64,000 bases of DNA from Variovorax sp. GTDB taxonomy: Bacteria > Pseudomonadota > Gammaproteobacteria > Burkholderiales > Burkholderiaceae_C. Positions 1 through 12,305 of the stretch are shown here, piece after piece. The stretch lies in the NCBI GenBank assembly GCA_025352265.1, contig JANXTS010000016.1, positions 58,424 to 122,423 on the forward strand, in the 5' to 3' direction. Made by a program: the position numbers and the translations under genes. Within the stretch, counting starts at the first letter, position 1; each line of letters begins with the position of its first letter. A model generated the notes under the pieces. That model ran no database searches. It was not told where the DNA came from and was given only the letters and a program-made list of their open reading frames with translations.

Positions 1-2
1 AC

Positions 3-722
3 TACGTCATCAATGGCGGCAAGATGTGGACCACCAACGGCACGCAAGCCGACTTTTGCTGCGTGCTGGCGAACACCTCCGAAGGCGCGTCCCACCGCAA
101 CAAGTCGCTCATCGTCGTGCCGATGAAAACGAAAGGCGTGCAGGTCGCGCGCAAGCTCAAGAAATTGGGCATGCACTCGTCCGACACGGCGCAGATTCAC
201 TTCGACGATGTGCGCGTGCCGCAGCGCTATCGCATCGGCGAAGAAGGCATGGGCTTCATCTACCAAATGGAGCAGTTCCAGATCGAGCGGCTCTGGGGCG
301 CGCTCAACAGCGCCAGCATGGCGCAGCGCGCCATCGACCTCACCATCGCCTACACGCGCGATCGGCAGGCCTTTGGCCGTTCGATCCTGGACAACCAGTG
401 GGTTCACTACAAACTCGCCGAACTGCAGACCGAGGTCGCGTGCCTGAAGGCCCTTTGCTGGCAAGGCGTCGAAGAGGTCGTGGCCGGTACCGATGCCACG
501 CGCACCGCCACCATGGCCAAGCTGAAGGCCGGTCGCCTGATCCGCGAAGTGGCCGACGGCTGTCTGCAGTTCTGGGGCGGCATGGGCTACATGGACGAAA
601 GCCCGATTTCGCGCATCTTCCGCGATGGGCGGTTGACCTCCATCGGTGGTGGCGCCGACGAAGTGATGCTTCAGATCCTCGCTAAATTCATGGGTACTTT
701 TCCGTTCCCGAACGCTGCATAA
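3..722 (+). CDS. acyl-CoA dehydrogenase, C-terminal part (5' end cut by window edge)
   Basis: Frame is open from base 3 (YVINGGKMWTTNG...). Typical ACAD middle/C-terminal motifs are present (IGEEGMGF, GGMGY, FRDGRLTSIGGGADEVM). Stop at 720-722. Confidence 0.9.
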   Translation, partial: YVINGGKMWTTNGTQADFCCVLANTSEGASHRNKSLIVVPMKTKGVQVARKLKKLGMHSSDTAQIHFDDVRVPQRYRIGEEGMGFIYQMEQFQIERLWGALNSASMAQRAIDLTIAYTRDRQAFGRSILDNQWVHYKLAELQTEVACLKALCWQGVEEVVAGTDATRTATMAKLKAGRLIREVADGCLQFWGGMGYMDESPISRIFRDGRLTSIGGGADEVMLQILAKFMGTFPFPNAA

Positions 723-740
723 ATCGTCAGACGAACGCCC

Positions 741-2783
<2,043 letters not shown>

Positions 2784-2834
2784 AGACGCGAGGCCGCGAA
2801 GGTGACGAACGAGATCGAAGGAGACTGACAAGCG

Positions 2835-3638
2835 ATGACCGATACGACACTTGAAACCCAGTCGGCCGGGGCGGCCGTGCTGACCGAAAAGCGCGGCCAC
2901 GCGATGTGGGTGACGATCAACCGACCCGACAAGCGGAACGCCATCAACAAAGACGTGGTTGCGGGCATCCGCGACGGCTGGCGGCAGGCGCAAGCCGACA
3001 AGGACGTGCGCGTCGTCGTACTCACCGCTGCGGGCGAGAAAGCGTTTTGTGCGGGCGGCGACTTGCAGCCCGGTGCCGGCTTCGCGTTCGATCTCTCTCA
3101 ACCCAATCTCGACTACGCCGACATGCTGCGCGAAGTGCAGAACTCGACCCTGCCCAGCATCGCGCGCATCAACGGAATTTGCATGGCTGGCGGCATCGGC
3201 CTGCTGTGCATGACCGACATGGCGATCGCCGCCGACCATGTTCAGTTCGGCTTGCCCGAAGTCAAGATCGGCCTGTTCCCGATGCAGGTGCTGAGCCTGC
3301 TGCAGGCCATCGTGCCGCGTCGCACTGTGCGCGAGTGGTGTCTTACCGGCGAGCCCTTCGGCGCCGCCGAGGCGAAGGAAGCAGGGCTGCTGAACCATGT
3401 CGTGCCCACGGCCGAGCTCGATGCCAAGACGCAGTGGTTGATCGACCGGCTCGCGGGCAAGTCACCGACAGCGATACGCCGCGGCAAGTACGCCATGCGC
3501 GCGTTGTCGTCGATGTCGTTCGACGAAGGCATCGCGTTCACCGAAAGTCAGATTGCCCTGCTCGCCATGACCGAAGACGCGAAAGAAGGCCTGGCCTCGT
3601 TCAACGAAAAGAGAGAGCCGGTATGGACCGGCCGTTGA
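2835..3638 (+). CDS. enoyl-CoA hydratase/isomerase (crotonase) family protein
   Basis: 267 aa. Crotonase oxyanion-hole motifs (FCAGGDL, ARINGICMAGG, GLPEVKIGLFP) and C-terminal EGLASFNEKREP. Preceded by a GAAGGAG RBS. Confidence 0.9.
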   Translation: MTDTTLETQSAGAAVLTEKRGHAMWVTINRPDKRNAINKDVVAGIRDGWRQAQADKDVRVVVLTAAGEKAFCAGGDLQPGAGFAFDLSQPNLDYADMLREVQNSTLPSIARINGICMAGGIGLLCMTDMAIAADHVQFGLPEVKIGLFPMQVLSLLQAIVPRRTVREWCLTGEPFGAAEAKEAGLLNHVVPTAELDAKTQWLIDRLAGKSPTAIRRGKYAMRALSSMSFDEGIAFTESQIALLAMTEDAKEGLASFNEKREPVWTGR

Positions 3639-5227
3639 CCACCGCGAGCACCGCAAAGGCCGCTGCTGCGGTCACCGCCGGCAGCGCTCACTCGGTCGGC
3701 CTGGCTGAGTGGCTCACCCGCCGTGCCGCGCGCGCTCCGCACAAGCCCGCGCTGACCTGCAACGGCATCACCTGGAATTACGGCGAGCTGATCGATCGTA
3801 TCGAGCGCATGTCAGCGGTTCTGGCGGCCGGCGGCGTGATGCCCGGCGCACGCGTCGGCTACCTCGGCCTCAATGATCCGATGTTCGTCGTCGTGCTGTT
3901 CGCGACCGCACGCATCGGCGCGATCTGCGTACCGCTCAACTTCAGGCTCAGCGGACAAGAACTCGCTTTCATCATCGGCGACGCCGGCGTGCACACGCTG
4001 GTCGTCGGTGAGGAGCACATCGCGGTGATCGACGAGGTGCGCAGTAGCCTCGCTTGCCATCGCTTCATTCATCGCGGTGCTGGGGCGCCGGGGTGGGAGT
4101 CCGCCGATGCGCTGATGTCGGAGGCTTGCGCCGCGCAGTCGTTGCCCGTGGCCATTCCGGTGCGTGCCGACGACGTCGCCGTGATCATGTACACCTCCGG
4201 CACCACGGGCCACCCCAAGGGCGCGATGCTCACGCATGGCAACTTCTGGGCCAACAACCTCAACGAGATGTTCTTGTGGGACATGGTGTCGACCGACGTC
4301 ACGCTCAACTTCGCGCCCATGTTCCACGTCGGCGGCTTGCTGTGCGGCAGCATGACCACGTTGCTGGCGGGCGGTCACCTCGTGCTGCAACGCGCGTTCG
4401 ATGCGCAAGCGGTGCTCGATGCGGTTGCGGCGCACCGCATCACCGTGAGCTTCGCGGTGCCGGCGATGCTGCTCTTCATCAGCCAGCACGCCGCATTCGA
4501 GGCGGCGGACCTCTCGTCGCTGCGATTGATCGCGGTCGGTGGTGCGCCGATGCCCGAGCCGTTGTTGCGCCTGTACGGCGCTCGCAACATCCCGGTGCAC
4601 CAGGGCTACGGCATGACCGAGACCGCATCGATGATCACCTTCCTGCATCCCGACAGATCTTCAGACAAGCTCGGTTCCAGCGGCACGCCGCCGCTCATGA
4701 CCGAGATCAAGCTGATCGATGCGGCCGGTGAGCCGGTCACTGCCCCCGGCGCCACCGGCGAGATCTGCGTGCGCGGCGCCAACGTCATGCCCGGCTACTG
4801 GAACCGGCCCGAGGCCACCGAAGCGAGCTTCACGCCCGATGGCTGGTTTCGCAGTGGCGACATCGGCTACCGCGATGCCGAAAGCTTTCTGTACGTCTGC
4901 GATCGCATCAAGGACATGGTCATCAGCGGTGGCGAGAACATCTATCCTGCCGAAGTCGAGAGCGTGCTGTACGACCACCCGGACATTGCCGAGGTCGCGG
5001 TCATCGGTGCCCCCGACGCGCGCTGGGGTGAGCGCGTGGTGGCGGTGGTGGCACCACGACCTGGCAAGTCGATCACGCTGGAAGGGCTGCACACCTTCGC
5101 CGAAGGCAAGCTCGCGCGCTACAAGCTGCCCAAAGAACTGCGCATCGTCGACGCGCTGCCGCGCAACCCGACCGGCAAGGTGCTGAAGGCCAAGCTTCGC
5201 GTGCACAACGTCGCGGCGGCGACCTGA
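3623..5227 (+). CDS. AMP-dependent acyl-CoA synthetase/ligase
   Basis: In-frame ATG at 3623 inside the over-long track ORF 2906..5227, overlapping the crotonase stop by 16 nt. Motifs [40 protein letters not shown]. Confidence 0.88.
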   Translation: MDRPLTTASTAKAAAAVTAGSAHSVGLAEWLTRRAARAPHKPALTCNGITWNYGELIDRIERMSAVLAAGGVMPGARVGYLGLNDPMFVVVLFATARIGAICVPLNFRLSGQELAFIIGDAGVHTLVVGEEHIAVIDEVRSSLACHRFIHRGAGAPGWESADALMSEACAAQSLPVAIPVRADDVAVIMYTSGTTGHPKGAMLTHGNFWANNLNEMFLWDMVSTDVTLNFAPMFHVGGLLCGSMTTLLAGGHLVLQRAFDAQAVLDAVAAHRITVSFAVPAMLLFISQHAAFEAADLSSLRLIAVGGAPMPEPLLRLYGARNIPVHQGYGMTETASMITFLHPDRSSDKLGSSGTPPLMTEIKLIDAAGEPVTAPGATGEICVRGANVMPGYWNRPEATEASFTPDGWFRSGDIGYRDAESFLYVCDRIKDMVISGGENIYPAEVESVLYDHPDIAEVAVIGAPDARWGERVVAVVAPRPGKSITLEGLHTFAEGKLARYKLPKELRIVDALPRNPTGKVLKAKLRVHNVAAAT

Positions 5228-5258
5228 GTTCCGAGCATCAACAGCCCAAGGAAGACGC

Positions 5259-6479
5259 ATGGATTTTTCCCCTGCACCCCGGTCGCTCGAACTCCAGGCA
5301 CGTGTCGCCGAGTTCATGGAAGAACACGTGTACCCGGTCGAAAACCGTTACTACGAAGAGGCGCAGCAAGGCGAGCGTCGCTACCGCACACCACGGGTGC
5401 TGCAGGACCTGAAGGCGTTGGCCAAATCGAAAGGCCTGTGGAACCTGTTCCTTTCCGGCGACCACGGCAGCGGGCTTAACAACCTGGACTACGCACCGGT
5501 CAAGGAGATCATGGGCCGCGTGCTGTGGGCGCCTGAGATCTTCAACTGCTCGGCGCCCGACACCGGCAACATGGAGGTGCTGGCCAACTACGGCACGGAG
5601 GCGCAAAAGGCGCAATGGCTGACGCCGCTGATGGATGGCAGCATCCGCTCGGCGTTCTCGATGACCGAACCGGCAGTAGCATCGAGCGATGCGACCAACA
5701 TCCAGTGCGAGATTTGCCGCGACGGCGATCACTACGTCATCAACGGCCGCAAGTGGTGGACATCAGGCGCGCTCAACGAAGATTGCAAGCTGCTGATCGT
5801 GATGGGCAAGAGCGACCCGGACCACGCCGAGCGGCATCGCCAGCAATCGATGATCCTGGTGCCCAAGGACACGCCGGGTGTGCGCATCGTGCGCGACCTC
5901 ACGACCTTCGGCTACGACGACGCGCCGGTCGGCCATCCCGAGATCGTCTACGACAACGTGCGCGTGCCCGCCACCAACATGCTGCTCGGCGAAGGCCGCG
6001 GCTTCGAGATCGCGCAGGGCCGGCTCGGGCCGGGTCGCATCCACCACTGCATGCGGCTCATCGGCTGCGCCCAGCGCGCACTCGAACTCATGTGCCAGCG
6101 CGCGAACTCGCGCGTGGCGTTCGGAAAACTGCTGGGTGAACAGGGCTCGCTGCGCGAAGACATCGCGCATTCGTTCTGCGAGATCGAACAGGCGCGCCTG
6201 CTGACGTTGCGCGCGGCCGACAAGATGGACCGTGAGGGCAACAAGGCGGCGCGCGACCTCATCGCGGCGGCCAAAATCGTGGTGCCGAGCATGGCGGCGC
6301 GCGTCATCGATCGGGCCATCCAGATCCATGGTGGCGCCGGCGTGTCGCAAGACACCTTCCTGCCGCGCGCATATGTCTACGCACGCTTTATCCGCATTGG
6401 CGACGGTCCCGACCAAGTCCACCTTTCTGCGGTGGGCAAGCAACTGTTGCAGCGTTATGCCGCGCCGCTGCCGGCCTGA
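5259..6479 (+). CDS. acyl-CoA dehydrogenase, ACAD10/ACAD11/FadE2-like subfamily
   Basis: 406 aa. Motifs [56 protein letters not shown]. About 60% identical by eye to the paralog at 32017..33219. Confidence 0.9.
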   Translation: MDFSPAPRSLELQARVAEFMEEHVYPVENRYYEEAQQGERRYRTPRVLQDLKALAKSKGLWNLFLSGDHGSGLNNLDYAPVKEIMGRVLWAPEIFNCSAPDTGNMEVLANYGTEAQKAQWLTPLMDGSIRSAFSMTEPAVASSDATNIQCEICRDGDHYVINGRKWWTSGALNEDCKLLIVMGKSDPDHAERHRQQSMILVPKDTPGVRIVRDLTTFGYDDAPVGHPEIVYDNVRVPATNMLLGEGRGFEIAQGRLGPGRIHHCMRLIGCAQRALELMCQRANSRVAFGKLLGEQGSLREDIAHSFCEIEQARLLTLRAADKMDREGNKAARDLIAAAKIVVPSMAARVIDRAIQIHGGAGVSQDTFLPRAYVYARFIRIGDGPDQVHLSAVGKQLLQRYAAPLPA

Positions 6480-6493
6480 ACACGCAACGACCG

Positions 6494-7543
6494 ATGCACA
6501 ACACGGTCGTCGTCAGCGCGCCGCCGATTCACCTGGGACGGCTTGGAGCGTGGCTCGAAGCGCATGCCGAAGGCTTTCGCGGCCTGCGAACCGCCGAGCG
6601 ATTCGTCGGCGGCAACTCGAACCCGATCTGGCGCGTCCAGGCAGACAGTGGCCGCTACATCCTGCGAACGCAACCGGCCGGCGAGCTGCTGAGGTCAGCC
6701 CACGCGCTCGATCGCGAGGCACGCGTGCTGACGGCGTTGCATGGCAGTGCGGTGCCGGTGCCGCGCCTGCGCGCGCTGTGCAACGACATCGACGTGATCG
6801 GCGTGCAGTTCTACTTGATGGACCATGTCGACGGCGTAGTGCATCGCAACGTCGCGCTGCCCGATGTCGTCCGCGAGCAGCGAGGTGCCGTGTATGCCGC
6901 CGCCATCGACAGCCTGGTGGCCATCCATCGCACCGACCTCGATGGGTTGGGGCTGCGCGACTTCGGCCGGCCCGGCAATTACTTCGAGCGGCAGTTGCAT
7001 CGCTGGACGCAGCAGTACCGCACCGCGATGCCCGAAGGCTCCGTGCCGATGGACCAGCTCATCGCCCGGCTGGAAGCGACGCTGCCACGCGCGGCGCACG
7101 CGGTGGTTCTGCTGCACGGCGACTCGCGCATCGACAACCTGATGTTCAAGCCCGCGCGCAATGAAGAGGGCGAGCGCGTGCTCGCCGTGCTCGACTGGGA
7201 GCTCTCGACCCTCGGCCATCCGCTCGCCGATCTCGGCCAGTTCCTGGCGGTGCAGGACTTGCCGGCCGACTACCTGCTGCCCGGCTTGCGCGGTGTCGAT
7301 CGCGCTGCAGAAGGCCTGCCGACGCAGGCCGAATTGAGCGAACGCTACCTGCGCGCGATGGATATGGACCCAGCGATCGACTTGCGCTTCTTCAAGGCTT
7401 TCGCGATGTTCAGGCAGGCCGCCATGTCGGCCGGCTTGCGGCGCCGCGCGGCACTGGGCACTGCGGTGGCCGAGAGTGCCTTGCAATTCGGCGACACGAT
7501 GGATGTATTCGCGCAGACCGGGCTCGACATCCTCGATCAATGA
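6494..7543 (+). CDS. phosphotransferase (APH/choline-kinase-like) family protein, ACAD10/11 N-terminal-domain type
   Basis: 349 aa. Kinase catalytic motif HGDSRIDNLMF and [16 protein letters not shown]. Paralog of 30887..31942. Starts 15 nt after the ACAD stop. Confidence 0.88.
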   Translation: MHNTVVVSAPPIHLGRLGAWLEAHAEGFRGLRTAERFVGGNSNPIWRVQADSGRYILRTQPAGELLRSAHALDREARVLTALHGSAVPVPRLRALCNDIDVIGVQFYLMDHVDGVVHRNVALPDVVREQRGAVYAAAIDSLVAIHRTDLDGLGLRDFGRPGNYFERQLHRWTQQYRTAMPEGSVPMDQLIARLEATLPRAAHAVVLLHGDSRIDNLMFKPARNEEGERVLAVLDWELSTLGHPLADLGQFLAVQDLPADYLLPGLRGVDRAAEGLPTQAELSERYLRAMDMDPAIDLRFFKAFAMFRQAAMSAGLRRRAALGTAVAESALQFGDTMDVFAQTGLDILDQ

Positions 7544-7565
7544 AACATTCATCAGGGCATCCGCA

Positions 7566-8339
7566 ATGACGTCATCGACTCTCAACCCCTTCAGCGTCGC
7601 CGGCAAGGTGGCGCTGGTTACCGGCTCGTCGCAGGGCATCGGCGCTGCGACCGCACGCGTGCTGGCACAGGCCGGCGCGCACGTGGTCATCAGCAGCCGC
7701 AAGGCCGACGACTGCGAGCGCGTCGCGCAAGCCCTGCGCGACGAAGGCCTGTCGGCTGAAGCGCGCGCCTGCCACATCGGACGCATGGAAGACATCACCG
7801 CCATGGCGGCGCATCTTCAGGCGAAGCACGGCGGGCTCGACATCCTGGTCAACAACGCGGTGCTGAGCCCGTGGCGAAAGATCGAAGACATCGACGTGGG
7901 GCTCTTCGGCAAGACAGTCGACGTCAACCTGCGCGGTTACTGGTTCATGTCGGCCGAAGCAGTCAAGCTGATGGAGCCGCGCGGTGGCGGCAGCATCGTC
8001 AACATCTCGTCACTGTCGGCCTGGCACCCCGAAAAGATGCTCGGGCTCTACGGCACGCTCAAGACGGCGCTCATCGGCATGAGCCGCGCCTTCGCGCTGG
8101 AATACGGTGAGTTCGGCATTCGCGTCAACACGGTGCTGCCAGGCGTGATCGAGACGCGGCTGGCCGAGGCGTTCGACGGCGAGGCGAAAGAGCGAATCCT
8201 GAAGAAGACGCCGGTACATCGCCTGGGGCAACCTGAAGAAATCGGCTACGCGGTGCTGTACCTGAGTTCGCCGGCGGGTGCCTTCGTGACGGGCGCGAGC
8301 CTCGCCATCGACGGCGGCATGTCGATCTCGATGATCTGA
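7566..8339 (+). CDS. SDR family oxidoreductase
   Basis: ATG at 7566 inside track ORF 7476..8339. Motifs TGSSQGIGAA (Rossmann), NNAV, YGTLK (YxxxK), IRVNTVLPGVIET. Confidence 0.9.
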   Translation: MTSSTLNPFSVAGKVALVTGSSQGIGAATARVLAQAGAHVVISSRKADDCERVAQALRDEGLSAEARACHIGRMEDITAMAAHLQAKHGGLDILVNNAVLSPWRKIEDIDVGLFGKTVDVNLRGYWFMSAEAVKLMEPRGGGSIVNISSLSAWHPEKMLGLYGTLKTALIGMSRAFALEYGEFGIRVNTVLPGVIETRLAEAFDGEAKERILKKTPVHRLGQPEEIGYAVLYLSSPAGAFVTGASLAIDGGMSISMI

Positions 8340-8353
8340 GCGAAAGCAAAAAA

Positions 8354-9349
8354 GTGAAAGCAATGCGCATCCACCGGCACGGTCCGCCGGAGTCCTTGAC
8401 GGTCGACGAAGTTCCATCGCCTGAACCCGGCAAGGGCCAGGTGCTGGTGTCCGTGCATGCCAGCGCGGTCAACTTCCCCGACACGCTCATCATCGAAAAC
8501 AAGTACCAGTTCAAGCCTGAACTCCCGTTCGCGCCGGGTGGCGAGGTGGCGGGCACCATCAAGTCTGTAGGCGAGGGCGTGAACGGGTTCGAGGTCGGCG
8601 ACCGCGTCATCGCCGTCTGCGGTTGGGGCGGCTATGCGGAAGAGGTGCTGACCACCGTCGACAAGCTGGTGCGGCTGCCGCAGGGTATCGACATGGAGGC
8701 GGCCGCGGCACTGGTCATCACCTACGGAACCTCTCACTACGCCTTGCAAGACCGCGCCGCCATCCAGCCGGGCGAAACCCTGCTGGTGCTCGGTGCCGCA
8801 GGCGGCACGGGCGTGTCGGCCATCGAGCTCGGCAAGCTGATGGGCGCGAAGGTGATCGCCGCCGCATCGAGCGACGAGAAGCTGGCGCTGTGCAAGGCGC
8901 GTGGCGCCGACGAGACCATCAACTACGCGACCGAAGACCTGCGCCAGCGCGTGAACGCGCTCACCGGCGGCCGCGGCGTCGACGTCGTGTACGACCCGGT
9001 GGGCGGAGCCTATGCGGAGCCGGCGCTGCGCAGCATGGCGTGGCGAGGGCGCTACCTGGTCATCGGCTTCACCACGGGCGAGATTCCGAAGTTGCCACTC
9101 AACCTGGTGTTGCTCAAGGGGTGCAGCATCGTCGGCGTGTTCTACGGCGGCTTCGCGCAGGCCGAGCCGGCGCGCTACGACGCCTTCATGCAGGAACTGG
9201 TCGGCTGGCTGGCCGACGGCCGCATCAAGCCCGCCATCACTGCGCGCTACCCGCTGGAGCGCGCGGCCGAGGCATTGCGCGTGGTGGCAGACCGGCGTGC
9301 CACCGGCAAGATCATGCTGACGACGGCGCTCGGGCGCGAAACCGGTTGA
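8354..9349 (+). CDS. NADPH:quinone oxidoreductase / zinc-type alcohol dehydrogenase (MDR) family
   Basis: 331 aa. MDR fold motifs (VNFPDTL, GAAGGTGVSAIELGK, RATGKIML). The codon at 8354 is GTG; an ATG at 8363 is an alternative start. Confidence 0.88.
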   Translation: MKAMRIHRHGPPESLTVDEVPSPEPGKGQVLVSVHASAVNFPDTLIIENKYQFKPELPFAPGGEVAGTIKSVGEGVNGFEVGDRVIAVCGWGGYAEEVLTTVDKLVRLPQGIDMEAAAALVITYGTSHYALQDRAAIQPGETLLVLGAAGGTGVSAIELGKLMGAKVIAAASSDEKLALCKARGADETINYATEDLRQRVNALTGGRGVDVVYDPVGGAYAEPALRSMAWRGRYLVIGFTTGEIPKLPLNLVLLKGCSIVGVFYGGFAQAEPARYDAFMQELVGWLADGRIKPAITARYPLERAAEALRVVADRRATGKIMLTTALGRETG

Positions 9350-9525
9350 GCCGCCCTCTCGCCAGGTCTGGCTAGGGATTTCCCCTGGCATCGACCGGCG
9401 CAGCGAGTCGGCGCAAGACCATGCCGGGCGCCTTCGCGACACTGCCCTCCGACGACGGCCGATCCCGGTCGTGCGACCGATCGAAGTGCGGCCTTGAGCC
9501 GCGCTCGGGCAAACAGGGAGAGCCT

Positions 9526-10401
9526 TTGGAAATCGTTCAACTGCTGATCTCCGGCTCCGCACTCGGCTGCATCTACGCGCTGATCGCGATCGGATTCGTG
9601 TTGATCTACAAGGCGACTGAAACCGTCAACTTCGCGCAGGGCGAAATGATGATGCTGGGTGCCTGCGTCGGCTACCTGTTGATGCTCTGGTTCAAGCTGC
9701 CCTTCATCTGGGCCGCGTTGGTGAGCGTGGCCGGTATGGCGGGCTTCGGCTTTCTGCTGGAGCGCACGGTGATCCGCCCGATCCTTGGGCAGCCGCAATT
9801 CACCGTGGTGATGCTGACCATCGGCCTGGGCTACATCACGCGCGGGCTGGTCACCATGCTGCCGGGCGTCGGCACCGACACACATGTGCTCGCCGTACCT
9901 TACAAGGGCAATGTGTGGAATCTCGGCGGCCTCGTGCTGAGCGCCGAGCAGGGCACCATCATCGGTGTCACGTTGTTGCTGTGCCTGCTGCTTTTCGTGA
10001 TGTTCAAGTACACCAAGCTCGGTGTCGCGATGCAGGCCTCGTCGCAGAACCAGTTGGCCGCCTACTACATGGGCATTCCGGTGAAGCGGCTGAACGGCCT
10101 GGTCTGGGGTCTGTCGGCCGGGGTCGCGACCATCGCCGGGCTGCTGCTCGCACCCATCACGTTCGTGCACGTCAACATGGGTTTCATCGGGCTGAAAGCT
10201 TTCCCGGCAGCGGTGGTCGGCGGCTTCGGCAGCTTGCCCGGTGCGGTGGTCGGCGGGTTGGTCATCGGCATCGTCGAGGCCTTCGCCGGCTTCTACCTGC
10301 CTGAAGGTTTCAAGGATGTTGCCGCCTACGTGGTGGTGCTCGCGATGCTGGTCGTCAAACCGAACGGGCTGTTCGGAGAAAAGCTGCGCAAGAAGGTATG
10401 A
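9526..10401 (+). CDS. livH: branched-chain-amino-acid-type ABC transporter permease (LivH family)
   Basis: Membrane protein in LivH register (LLISGSALGCIYALIAIGF...). TTG at 9526 follows CAGGGAGAG; the N-terminal extension in the track (from 9421) is Arg-rich and non-membrane. Confidence 0.8.
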   Translation: MEIVQLLISGSALGCIYALIAIGFVLIYKATETVNFAQGEMMMLGACVGYLLMLWFKLPFIWAALVSVAGMAGFGFLLERTVIRPILGQPQFTVVMLTIGLGYITRGLVTMLPGVGTDTHVLAVPYKGNVWNLGGLVLSAEQGTIIGVTLLLCLLLFVMFKYTKLGVAMQASSQNQLAAYYMGIPVKRLNGLVWGLSAGVATIAGLLLAPITFVHVNMGFIGLKAFPAAVVGGFGSLPGAVVGGLVIGIVEAFAGFYLPEGFKDVAAYVVVLAMLVVKPNGLFGEKLRKKV

Positions 10402-11474
10402 GATTCCTTTTCAAGACCAGCTATGCGCAGGACTACCGCCTGGCCAAGCACGGCGGCCAGGTCTTCTGGTACGGGTTGCTGCTCGCGGTGTTGCTTGCGG
10501 CGCCATGGCTGGTGGGCCCGTACTGGACGTCGCAGATCACCTTCGTGCTGATCTATTCCATCGCAGGCCTCGGGTTGATGGTGCTGTCGGGCTACACCGG
10601 CTTGCTGTCTATCGGGCACGCTGCGTTCCTGGGTGTCGGTGCGTACACGCAGGCTGCGCTGACCAGCCGCGGCTGGCCCTTTCCGGTGGCGCTGTTCGCT
10701 GCCGCGGGGTTGTCGGCCTCGGTCGGTGTCGTGGTCGGCTTGCCAGCCCTGCGCGTCAAGGGCATCTACCTCGCCGTCGCGACGCTGGCGTTCGGTTTCA
10801 TCGTCGAGGAAGTGATGGCGCGGTGGGCGAGCATCACCGGCGGCAACAGCGGCTTGTCGGTCAAGGCGCCAACCTTCTTCGGCTGGACCGCCGGCAGTGC
10901 CGAGTCGTTCTACATGGTCGTGCTGGTGGTGTGCGTGATCGTCACCGTCGGGGTGCTGAACCTGCTGCGCAGCTCGACCGGTCGTGCCTTCATCGCGATC
11001 CGCGATTCCGAGATTTCGGCGCAGAGCATGGGCATCCATCTGGCGCGCTACAAGACGATGTCGTTCGCGCTGTCGGCCGCCATCGTCGGCATCGCCGGTG
11101 CCTTGTACGCGCACAAGCTGCGCTTCATTTCGCCGGAGCAGTTCGGCATCGCGCAATCGCTCGACCTCCTCTTGCTGGTGGTGGTCGGCGGGTTGGGCTC
11201 GGTGCATGGCGCGTTCTTCGGGGCGATCTTCCTCATCACCATGCCGCAGCTCATCGCGCTCGGCAAAGACTGGTTGCCGACCGCCATCGGCCAGGCGGCG
11301 GGCTTGCAGGCGGTGGTCTTCGGTGCCGTGCTGATGGGCTTCGTCATGTTCGAGCCGACCGGCCTGTACGGTCGATGGGTCAAGCTGCGGACGTATCTGG
11401 AACTGTTTCCGACCTTCCGGCGCGGCATGTTCAGGCGGCAGAAGTCGTTCCAGAAATCGGAGCGGGTGCGATGA
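10398..11474 (+). CDS. livM: ABC transporter permease (LivM family)
   Basis: 358 aa polytopic protein. ATGA overlap with the livH stop. LivM-like LSIGHAAFLGVGAY motif. Confidence 0.88.
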   Translation: MRFLFKTSYAQDYRLAKHGGQVFWYGLLLAVLLAAPWLVGPYWTSQITFVLIYSIAGLGLMVLSGYTGLLSIGHAAFLGVGAYTQAALTSRGWPFPVALFAAAGLSASVGVVVGLPALRVKGIYLAVATLAFGFIVEEVMARWASITGGNSGLSVKAPTFFGWTAGSAESFYMVVLVVCVIVTVGVLNLLRSSTGRAFIAIRDSEISAQSMGIHLARYKTMSFALSAAIVGIAGALYAHKLRFISPEQFGIAQSLDLLLLVVVGGLGSVHGAFFGAIFLITMPQLIALGKDWLPTAIGQAAGLQAVVFGAVLMGFVMFEPTGLYGRWVKLRTYLELFPTFRRGMFRRQKSFQKSERVR

Positions 11475-12295
11475 CCGAAGCGGTGAGTAGGGCCGTACCT
11501 GAGGCGCTGTTGACCGCACGCGACCTGAGCGCTCGCTTTGGTGGCGTGCTGGCTGTCAACAAGGTGAGCTTCGACGTGCAGAAGGGCGAGGTGTTCACGC
11601 TGATCGGTCCCAACGGCGCCGGCAAGACCACGGTGTTCAACCTCATCAGCCGCATCTACATGCCGACCACCGGCAGCCTGAGCTTCGATGGCGTGCCGCT
11701 GGACAACACGCCGGCGCACGGCATCGCGGCGTTGGGCATCGCGCGCACCTTCCAGAACATCGAACTGTTCGAGCAGGCGACGGTGCTGCAGAACCTCCTG
11801 ATCGGCTTTCACACGCATCGGCGCTCCGGATTCTGGAACGATCTGCTGTTCACGCCGAAGGCCCGTCGCAATGAAGTCGCCGCGCGGCGCAAGGCCGAGG
11901 AGGTGATCGAATCGCTGCGGCTGATGCGCTACCGCGACCAGCGCGTGGCCGGCTTGCCCTACGGCGTGCGCAAAGTCGTCGAGCTGGCGCGTGCGCTCTG
12001 CAGTGCGCCCAAACTGCTGCTGCTCGACGAACCGTCGTCGGGCCTCAACGCCGAAGAGACCGAAGACATGGCCTGGTGGATCCAGGACATCCAGCGCGAG
12101 CTCGGCATCACCGTGCTGATGGTCGAACACGACATGACGTTGGTGTCGCGCGTGTCGGACCGCGTTCTGGCGATGAACCAGGGCGAGGTGCTGGCGCTCG
12201 GCACGCCGGCCGAAGTGCAGGCGCATCCGGGCGTGATCGAGGCCTACCTCGGCAGCATCGACGACGTGTCGAGCTTGCGTCGGGTCGCCGCATGA
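11471..12295 (+). CDS. livG: ABC transporter ATP-binding protein (LivG family)
   Basis: ATG at 11471 (ATGA overlap with livM). Walker A GPNGAGKTT, signature/Walker B LLLLDEPSSGLN. The track ORF from 10241 is an artefactual extension. Confidence 0.9.
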   Translation: MTEAVSRAVPEALLTARDLSARFGGVLAVNKVSFDVQKGEVFTLIGPNGAGKTTVFNLISRIYMPTTGSLSFDGVPLDNTPAHGIAALGIARTFQNIELFEQATVLQNLLIGFHTHRRSGFWNDLLFTPKARRNEVAARRKAEEVIESLRLMRYRDQRVAGLPYGVRKVVELARALCSAPKLLLLDEPSSGLNAEETEDMAWWIQDIQRELGITVLMVEHDMTLVSRVSDRVLAMNQGEVLALGTPAEVQAHPGVIEAYLGSIDDVSSLRRVAA

Positions 12296-12305
12296 AGGCC
12301 ATCCC

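Noticed and set aside
2906-3622. N-terminal 239 codons of track ORF 2906..5227; similarly 10241..11470, 15177..15368, 23179..24072, 26377..27216, 31759..32016, 35725..35808, 37362..37760, 40333..40935, 43068..43322
   Set aside because: These are open-frame extensions overlapping the preceding real gene in another frame. Homology-like sequence begins only at the internal starts given in the feature list, usually with an RBS or a stop/start overlap.
8246-9562. 438-aa ORF on the - strand
   Set aside because: Antisense to the quinone oxidoreductase gene. No motifs, Arg/Ala-rich.
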